Shown one piece after another: positions 57,564 through 64,000 of a stretch of 64,000 nucleotides of DNA. Both the position numbers and the translations under genes were made by a program. Location: contig CAUVXB020000001.1 of assembly GCA_963555825.3 (NCBI GenBank), positions 1,056,001 to 1,120,000 on the forward strand, read 5' to 3'. Within the stretch, counting starts at the first letter, position 1. Each line of letters begins with the position of its first letter. This DNA is from Alphaproteobacteria bacterium (lineage in GTDB: Bacteria; Pseudomonadota; Alphaproteobacteria; JAAXGF01). The notes under the pieces are model-generated. The model did no database searches, had not been told where the DNA came from, and was given only the letters and a program-made list of their open reading frames with translations.

Positions 57564-58475
57564 TCATGCGGCGGGCCTGAGTGACATCGCGGTGTGCCAC
57601 GCCTGACGAGCTTGAGCGGGGCTCAGGTAGCCGTTCTTCTCCACGATCCACTGGGCATTGTACTGTTCGACGAACCCGCGGACGGCGTTCCGCAGCTCCG
57701 CGATGTTGCGGTAGATGCGGCCATGGATGATCTGTTCCTTGAGCGTGCGATTGAACCTCTCGGCGACGCCGTTGGTCTGGGGCTGTTCGACGAAGGCGTA
57801 GGACGGCTGGATGCCCCAGAACTTGATCTGGTTGGTGAAGTGGTCCGACAGATACTGGGAGCCGTGATCCATCCGCAAGGCCAGCCCCCGCGCCGCACCG
57901 GCGGAGGTCGAGGCATACAGCCTCGCAAGCCCCATGGAGATCGGCTGAAGGGCGGCGAAGCGGTCGCCTCGCTTGCACACATGCCAGCCGACGCACTCGG
58001 CGTTCCAATGCTCGATGGCGGTGAATATCCAGCCCCAGCCGTCGTCCACCGTGAACACCCGAACGCCGTCCGTGCCCCACATGAGGTTGGGGGCATGGGT
58101 GATGATCTCACCGACATGGGGATTTCCGCCACGGCGGCGGCAGCGATGGGGCGAGAGCAGGTTGTTCTCGCGCATCACCCGGAGCCCCCGCTTGCGGGAA
58201 ACACGGATGCCACGACAGACCCGAAGCCGAGCCCAGACCTTGCGGTGTCCCTCGCCCTCCCAGGGGGATGCCTCCAGGTCGGCCTCGATGGCCACCAGCA
58301 GAGCCTCGTCCGAGATCGAGGGCTTCGGTCCCCGGCGCTTTGCTGGTGGGCGCTCAGCGGTGGCCTGCTGCCGGGATTTCATGGCGTAGAACGAGGAACG
58401 GGCAAAACCCCAGGCCGCACAGACCCGCTGGAGGCCGTAGGCCAAACCCGTGCCGGGAGAGGTGGCGGCACTCAT
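57564..58475 (-). CDS. IS3-family transposase OrfB (integrase core)
   Basis: WGTD, RMDHGSQY, NGVAERFNRTLKE. Confidence 0.9.
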   Translation of the reverse strand: MSAATSPGTGLAYGLQRVCAAWGFARSSFYAMKSRQQATAERPPAKRRGPKPSISDEALLVAIEADLEASPWEGEGHRKVWARLRVCRGIRVSRKRGLRVMRENNLLSPHRCRRRGGNPHVGEIITHAPNLMWGTDGVRVFTVDDGWGWIFTAIEHWNAECVGWHVCKRGDRFAALQPISMGLARLYASTSAGAARGLALRMDHGSQYLSDHFTNQIKFWGIQPSYAFVEQPQTNGVAERFNRTLKEQIIHGRIYRNIAELRNAVRGFVEQYNAQWIVEKNGYLSPAQARQAWHTAMSLRPAA

Positions 58476-58903
58476 CGCCGCGACCTCCGCCGCCCCAAAG
58501 GGCCGGACGTCTCCGTCTTGGCCTCCAGCAGTTCCACCTGCATGATCAACTCCCCGATCCGCTTCATGGCGATGTCCAGTTCCGCCTTCACCGGATCGCC
58601 CTTGCGTTCCTTGAGCGAGGCATCGATCCCGGCGATCGCCTTCTCACGCCACTGCTCGAGCCGGAAAATCTCCACGCCCAACTGCCGCGACAAAAGTTCC
58701 ACCGGCTCGCCACGCAAAAGCCGCAGGGCAACCTCACGCTTGCGCGTCACCGTCCACCGCTGGCCAAGTCCCAGCGGGCCTGCCGGCGAAACCTGGCCCG
58801 GGGAAAACGTGGACGAGCCAAGCTCGCCCTCGTTTACCACAGGCCCATCAACAGCAACTTTGTTCTCAAAATTGTCGGTCATGTTCCGGTCCTCCTTGGA
58901 CAC
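58472..58903 (-). CDS. IS3-family transposase OrfA
   Basis: RWTVTRKREVALRLLRGE HTH plus coiled coil; ATGA overlap with OrfB. Confidence 0.82.
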   Translation of the reverse strand: MSKEDRNMTDNFENKVAVDGPVVNEGELGSSTFSPGQVSPAGPLGLGQRWTVTRKREVALRLLRGEPVELLSRQLGVEIFRLEQWREKAIAGIDASLKERKGDPVKAELDIAMKRIGELIMQVELLEAKTETSGPLGRRRSRR

Positions 58904-59211
58904 TTCGATTAAGCCAATTCTGTGTCCAAGGAAATCGGGTCCGACTCAACCAGGCCGATTTGGACATTGCTCAGCGCCTTGCGGCGGCCGATCCGGGCAA
59001 CGCCGGCTGGCAGCGCGACCTGTCGGTTTCGCACGAGAAGATCGGCGACGTGCTGGAGGCGCGTGGCGACATCGATGCGGCGATCGAGGCACACGAAGAG
59101 AGCCTGGTAATTGCGCAGTCTCTCGCGGACCGGTTCCCCGACCACACACAATTCCAAGCCGATGTGGCGATCACGAAACGCAGGCTTGAGGAACTCCGCG
59201 CAAATCGACCC

Positions 59212-59272
59212 TAGTGTCCCTCAGAAATTCACTTCCGACGCGACCTACGACTCAAACCTCGAGGGGACACTA
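59212..59272. mobile_element. 61-bp IS630-end-like miniature element or scar
   Basis: TAGTGTCCC...GGGACACTA, identical to the outer 9 nt of the IS630 right end near 6037-6045. Confidence 0.6.
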
Positions 59273-59662
59273 CTTGTCGTCCCGCGGATCCTCGGCGAAG
59301 CTGTGGTCGGTCGGTTGCGGGGTCGCGGTCAGCACGGTGACGCCATCGGGTGCGTGGAAGCGGTGCCAGGCGCCCTGCGGCACGACTGCGAGCATGCCCG
59401 CCGTCATGTCGAGTGCTTGCGGTCCGGCGTCGGTCAGGATGGTCAGCGTCGTGCGGCCGTCGAGAATTTGCACCAGCTCGTCGCCGTTGCGGTGGCGTTC
59501 CCACGGTGTCTCGCCCGAGAAGCCGCCGGCGAAGATCGCACCGTCGCCAAACGCCGCCAATGTCGCGAAGGCCTCGCCGGCCTCGCTTTCGGTGGCCCGG
59601 TTGCGGCCGTGCAGGAAGGTCCGCTTGGCGATCTCTTCTTGAATGTCGACGGCCTTGACCAT
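59270..59662 (-). CDS. Cupin-domain protein
   Basis: WERH..GDE and VVPQGAWH cupin motifs. Confidence 0.85.
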   Translation of the reverse strand: MVKAVDIQEEIAKRTFLHGRNRATESEAGEAFATLAAFGDGAIFAGGFSGETPWERHRNGDELVQILDGRTTLTILTDAGPQALDMTAGMLAVVPQGAWHRFHAPDGVTVLTATPQPTDHSFAEDPRDDK

Positions 59663-60739
59663 TCAGGCGACCTCCGTGCTTTCTGGGTTTTCGCCGCGTT
59701 CGACGAACAGTGTCTGGGTCGGGTAGGCGAACTCGATGCCCTCGGCCTCGAAGCGGCGCAGGATCGCGAGGTTGATCGCATGCTGGGCGTCGGCCTTGGC
59801 GGCGAAGTCGGGCACCAACATGGTGAAGACGAACTGGAAGTCGAGGGACGACGGGCCGAACGACTGGAAATGGCCGCGGTCGTAGCGCGTGTGTTCCTGG
59901 GCCTCGATGATCTCGCGCACCATGCCGGGGATCGCCTCGACCTGGTCGGCCGGCGTCTGGTAGGTCACGCCGAGCTCGAAGACGACGCGCCGCTGTTGCA
60001 TCTGCTTGTAGTTTTGGATGCGGCTCTGCAACAGATCTGAGTTCGAGAAAACGATGATCTCGCCGGAAAGGGCGCGCACGCGCGTGGTCTTCAGCCCGAT
60101 GCGCTCGACCGTGCCCATGTCTGCGCCGACGATGACGAAGTCGCCGATCTCGAACGGCCGGTCGAGGACGATCGAAAGTGACGAGAACAGATCGCCCAGG
60201 ATGTTCTGGGTGGCCAGCGCGATGGCGATGCCGCCGACGCCGAGGCCGGCGATCAGCGCGGTGATGTCGATGCCCAGGTTGTCGAGCGAGATCAGCAGGA
60301 CGAGCGACCAGACCGCAATGCGCACCGGCGTCGCGATGACGCCGATGGTCGTCGCGCGCCGGCCGCTGGTCTCGTCGGTCAACGCGGTCTGGGTCGTGAC
60401 CCATTCGGAAACCAGATAACTGACCCACAACCCAATCTGGATCAGGAAGGCGATGACGATGATCGATTCCAACGAACCGCGCATCGCCTCGGGCAGCACC
60501 AGGAACACCGAGCCGGCATAGAGGCCGACGATCAGCAGAAACAGGAACTTGGTGTGCTTGACGATGTTGAGCGCGATATCGTCGAGCCGCGTCTCGGTCG
60601 CGCCGACGAAAGACGCCAGGCGCCGCACGATAGCGCCCAGCACGACGCGCAGCCCGATCAACACGGCGATGCCGACGCCCAGCGCAATCAGCCACTCGGC
60701 GGCTGTGTTTTCGTAGAAACTGTGGTCCAGCCAACTCAT
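59663..60739 (-). CDS. MscS-family mechanosensitive channel
   Basis: ALIAGLGVGGIAIALATQNILGD, PFEIGD, GTVERIGLKTT, GIEFAYPT. Confidence 0.93.
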   Translation of the reverse strand: MSWLDHSFYENTAAEWLIALGVGIAVLIGLRVVLGAIVRRLASFVGATETRLDDIALNIVKHTKFLFLLIVGLYAGSVFLVLPEAMRGSLESIIVIAFLIQIGLWVSYLVSEWVTTQTALTDETSGRRATTIGVIATPVRIAVWSLVLLISLDNLGIDITALIAGLGVGGIAIALATQNILGDLFSSLSIVLDRPFEIGDFVIVGADMGTVERIGLKTTRVRALSGEIIVFSNSDLLQSRIQNYKQMQQRRVVFELGVTYQTPADQVEAIPGMVREIIEAQEHTRYDRGHFQSFGPSSLDFQFVFTMLVPDFAAKADAQHAINLAILRRFEAEGIEFAYPTQTLFVERGENPESTEVA

Positions 60740-60869
60740 CGCCGGTTCATCCCCCCTGGTGCAATGCTCCTGAATCAACACACAGCCGGGCACCTGGTCA
60801 ACAGGTGAAACTGGATTCCCCAGGCGGAAACCAAATTCGTCATCGGCCAGCCGATTTGCTACGCTACCG

Positions 60870-61511
60870 ATGATTTTCTGGAGCGCGCCGTCATTGACCG
60901 ATGATGAAGACGTGGCGGCGTTGATCGCGGCCGCCGAGACCGATCAAGTGGCCGCGATCGAGCGGCTGCTGGCAGACGGCGTTGCGATCGATGGGCGGGA
61001 CGCGCAGGGGCGCACCGCCTTGCTCGCCGCGACGCATCGGAACAGCGTGGCCGCGGCCCGGGTCCTGATCGCCAGGGGCGCCGACGTCAACGCCGTGGAC
61101 GCGATCCGGGACAGCCCGTACTTGTACGCCGCCGCCGAGGGGCGCCTGGAAATCCTGCGCCTCACTCTCCGGGCGGGCGCCGATTTGACCAGCACCAACC
61201 GCTATGGCGGCACCGGCCTGATCCCGGCGGCCCATCACGGCTACCCCGACGTTGTGGCCGAGTTGTTGGCGACCGAGATCGTCATCGATCACGTCAACCG
61301 GCTCGGCTGGACCGCGTTGATCGAGGCGTTGATCGAGGCGGTGATCCTCGGCGACGGCGGCCCGGTGTACCAGGGAATCGTCGACCTGCTGCTCGGTGCC
61401 GGGGCGAGTGCGGATATCGCCGACCAGAACGGCGTGACACCACTTGCCCATGCCCGCCAACGTGGCTTCACGGCGATCGTCAAGCTGCTCGACGCCGCCG
61501 ACGCCGGCTGA
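60870..61511 (+). CDS. Ankyrin-repeat protein
   Basis: Repeated G.T.L..A / GADVN units. Confidence 0.88.
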   Translation: MIFWSAPSLTDDEDVAALIAAAETDQVAAIERLLADGVAIDGRDAQGRTALLAATHRNSVAAARVLIARGADVNAVDAIRDSPYLYAAAEGRLEILRLTLRAGADLTSTNRYGGTGLIPAAHHGYPDVVAELLATEIVIDHVNRLGWTALIEALIEAVILGDGGPVYQGIVDLLLGAGASADIADQNGVTPLAHARQRGFTAIVKLLDAADAG

Positions 61512-61595
61512 CGAGTCGCCCGAGGGCATGCTTGATCACGCCATCACGCGCCGTTAGTCTTGCCGCTCCGCGCTTTACCCCTAAATACGTGAGCC

Positions 61596-62600
61596 ATGGA
61601 TATACGTGACGGATTCTGCGGTCTCGTCGGCAATACGCCGCTGGTCCGCCTGCGGCGCGCCTCGGAACTGACCGGCTGCGACATTCTCGGCAAGGCCGAG
61701 TTCCTCAATCCCGGCCAGTCGGTCAAGGACCGGGCGGCGCTCTACATCATCCGCGACGCCGTTGAGAGCGGGCGGCTTCAGCCCGGCGGTCTCATCGTCG
61801 AGGGCACAGCGGGCAACACCGGCATCGGCCTGACACTCGTCGGCAAGGCGCTCGGCTATCGCACGCTGATCGTCATGCCCGAGACGCAGAGCCAGGAGAA
61901 GAAGGACACGCTGCGCCTGTGTGGCGCCGAGCTGATGCTCGTGCCCGCCGCGCCTTACAAGGACCCGGGCAACTACGTGCGCGTGTCCGAGCGCGTCGCC
62001 GAGGAGCGCGCGGCCAGCGAGCCGAACGGCGTGCTGTGGGCCAACCAGTGGGACAACACCGCCAACCGGCAGGCGCATTACGAAGGCACCGGGCCCGAAA
62101 TCTGGCGCCAGACCGACGGCAAGGTCGACGCCTTCGTCTCGGCGATCGGCACCGGCGGTACGCTGTCGGGCACGACGCTGGCGCTCAAGGAGCGCAACGC
62201 CGCCATCCGGGCCGTACTCGCCGACCCGCCAGGTGCCGCGATGTACAATTACTTCGCCCATGGCGAGCTCAAGTCCGAGGGCTCGTCGATCACCGAAGGC
62301 ATCGGCCAGGGCCGCATCACCGGAAATATCGAGGGCCTCGAGGTCGACGATCAGTATCAGATCAGCGACGCCGAGGCGGTCGAGGTCGTGTTCGATCTCG
62401 CCGAGCACGAGGGCCTGGTGCTCGGCGGCTCGACCGGCGTCAATGTCGCCGGCGCGATCAGGGTCGCCAAGGACTTAGGTCCCGGTCATATCGTCGTGAC
62501 GATGCTGTGCGATTACGGCGATCGCTATCGGAGCAAGCTGTACAATCACGACTTCCTCAGGGAGAAGGGCCTGCCCGTGCCGGATTGGCTCGGCCAATAG
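61596..62600 (+). CDS. cysK: Cysteine synthase A-like PLP enzyme
   Basis: GNTPL, KAEFLNPGQSVKDR, TAGNTG, GTGGT, EGIG. Confidence 0.9.
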   Translation: MDIRDGFCGLVGNTPLVRLRRASELTGCDILGKAEFLNPGQSVKDRAALYIIRDAVESGRLQPGGLIVEGTAGNTGIGLTLVGKALGYRTLIVMPETQSQEKKDTLRLCGAELMLVPAAPYKDPGNYVRVSERVAEERAASEPNGVLWANQWDNTANRQAHYEGTGPEIWRQTDGKVDAFVSAIGTGGTLSGTTLALKERNAAIRAVLADPPGAAMYNYFAHGELKSEGSSITEGIGQGRITGNIEGLEVDDQYQISDAEAVEVVFDLAEHEGLVLGGSTGVNVAGAIRVAKDLGPGHIVVTMLCDYGDRYRSKLYNHDFLREKGLPVPDWLGQ

Positions 62601-62611
62601 AGAGACGCGTG

Positions 62612-63322
62612 ATGGAACTGGTCTTCCAAGACGACGCTTACGCCAAGAGCTGCGCGGCGACGGTGGTGTCGGCCGAGCCCGGCGCGATCCGGCTCGATCG
62701 CAGCGTGTTCTATCCGACCGGCGGCGGACAACCCGGCGATACCGGCGTGCTCAGGTTGGCCGACGGCCGGCAAGTCGAGATCGTCGACACCGTCAAGGGC
62801 GCGCTGCCCGGCGACATCATCCACGTCCCGGCCGACGATGCGCCCCTGCCCGCGCCCGGCGACGCGGTGACCGCCGCGCTCGATTGGCAACGCCGCCACC
62901 GCCTGATGCGCATGCACACCTGTCTGCATCTTTTGTGCGCGGTGGTCGACGGCCCGGTGACCGGCGGCCAGATTTCGGACGGCAAGGGCCGGCTCGACTT
63001 CGACCTGTCCGAGATACCGCTCGGCAAGGACGAGATCACGGCGGCGATCAACCGCCTGGTCGACGAAGACCATCCGGCCAATCCGCGCTGGGTCGATGAC
63101 GCCGAGTTCGACGCCAGCCCCGCGCTGGTCAAGACCATGTCGGTCGCGCCACCGCGTGGCCAGGGCCGTGTCCGCCTGCTCGACATCGAGGGCGTCGACC
63201 TGCAGGCCTGCGGCGGGACGCATGTCGCGCGCACCGGCGAGATCGGCAAGGTGCGGGTCGCCAAGATCGAGAACAAGGGCCGCCACAACCGGCGCGTCGT
63301 CATCGTCTTCGACGAGGCCTGA
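62612..63322 (+). CDS. Alanyl-tRNA editing protein (AlaX-M)
   Basis: FYPTGGGQPGD, MRMHTCLH, ACGGTH. Confidence 0.92.
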   Translation: MELVFQDDAYAKSCAATVVSAEPGAIRLDRSVFYPTGGGQPGDTGVLRLADGRQVEIVDTVKGALPGDIIHVPADDAPLPAPGDAVTAALDWQRRHRLMRMHTCLHLLCAVVDGPVTGGQISDGKGRLDFDLSEIPLGKDEITAAINRLVDEDHPANPRWVDDAEFDASPALVKTMSVAPPRGQGRVRLLDIEGVDLQACGGTHVARTGEIGKVRVAKIENKGRHNRRVVIVFDEA

Positions 63323-63323
63323 C

Positions 63324-64000
63324 ATGGAGCCGCTGGTCAGCACCACGTGGCTCGCCGATCGTCTCGAGGCGCCCGATATCCGGATCGTCGACGCCTCGTG
63401 GTACCTGCCCGGCGTCGAGCGTGACGCAGAAGCGGAATATGCCGAGTGCCATATTCCCGCCGCGGTCTACTTCGACATCGACGACATCGCCGATACCGAC
63501 AACCCGTTGCCGCACATGTTGCCGGCGCCTGAGAAGTTCTCGAGCCGGGTGCGCAAGCTGGGGCTCGGCGACGGCGTGCGCATCGTCGTCTATGACAGCG
63601 GCAGTTGGATGGCCTCGGCCAGGGTCTGGTGGATGTTCCACGTCTTCGGCCACGACGACGTCGCGGTGCTCGACGGCGGCTTCGCCAAGTGGCAGGCCGA
63701 GGACCATCCGGTCGACAACCGCCCGGTGATGGCGCGTGATCGCCACTTCACCGCGCGCATGAACACATTGCTGGTGCGCGATGTCGACCAGATGCTCGGC
63801 AATGTCGAAAGCCGCCGGTCGCAGGTGCTCGACGCGCGCGCCGCGGGGCGCTTCGACGCCACCATTCCCGAGCCGCGCGCCGGGCTGCGCGGCGGGCACA
63901 TACCGGGCAGCCTGAACCTGCCCTACGACCGGCTGATCGACGCCGATAACGGCGAAATGTTGCCGCCGGACGCGCTCGTCGCTGCGTTTGACGCGGCGGG
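63324..64000 (+). CDS. sseA: 3-mercaptopyruvate sulfurtransferase (3'-truncated by window edge)
   Basis: Not in the ORF track; translates MEPLVSTTWL..DASWYLP..HIPAAVYFDID..ARVWWMF..VLDGG..DAR..RF..GHIPGS. Confidence 0.92.
   Translation, partial: MEPLVSTTWLADRLEAPDIRIVDASWYLPGVERDAEAEYAECHIPAAVYFDIDDIADTDNPLPHMLPAPEKFSSRVRKLGLGDGVRIVVYDSGSWMASARVWWMFHVFGHDDVAVLDGGFAKWQAEDHPVDNRPVMARDRHFTARMNTLLVRDVDQMLGNVESRRSQVLDARAAGRFDATIPEPRAGLRGGHIPGSLNLPYDRLIDADNGEMLPPDALVAAFDAA

Larger units (their letters stand above)
57529..58948 (-). mobile_element. IS3-family insertion sequence
   Basis: TG...CA ends, IRs TGTATCGCACCCGGTTCCTTGGACACA / TGAGTCGGACCCGATTTCCTTGGACACA; no TSD. Confidence 0.88.
56279..59214 (+). 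pseudogene. Membrane-anchored TPR-repeat protein, frameshifted at an A8 run and interrupted by IS3
   Basis: N-terminal TM; A8 at 56558-56565 (A7 gives IRDDVKKIRDDIE in frame); 48-aa repeats to 57528, resuming at 58949 to TAG 59214. Confidence 0.8.

Overview
High-GC alphaproteobacterial (Rhodospirillales-like, inferred from gene content and order) chromosomal window. It is mostly housekeeping and catabolic genes: gcdH, a valine-catabolism cluster (ACAD, 3-hydroxyisobutyryl-CoA hydrolase, mmsB), hemB, ornithine decarboxylase, hutG, arginyl-transferase, parC, the conserved folK-rpoZ-rsh-pyrE-pdxJ-acpS-lepB-rnc-era-recO block, smpB, dapA, slt, cysK, alaX and sseA. Seven IS elements (three IS630, two IS3, IS1380, ISKra4-like) and two MITE-like elements are present, most with ends and target duplications readable from the sequence. 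The standout is a two-gene cassette inserted between era and recO. An 87-aa two-TM protein and a translationally coupled NLR-like STAND ATPase-TPR protein (766 aa once three IS are removed in silico) share a near-identical 20-aa Gly/Val/Asp motif, KARDISGVVV[M/F]GDVHG[D/N][V/I]TQ. The motif is conserved as protein but diverged at synonymous sites. This is the architecture of amyloid/RHIM-like signalling pairs, here with a candidate small membrane effector. A second repeat-TPR gene is also multiply disrupted. Several frameshifts and two chimeric patches suggest long-read consensus errors or a mixed population. No rRNA, tRNA or CRISPR array was seen.
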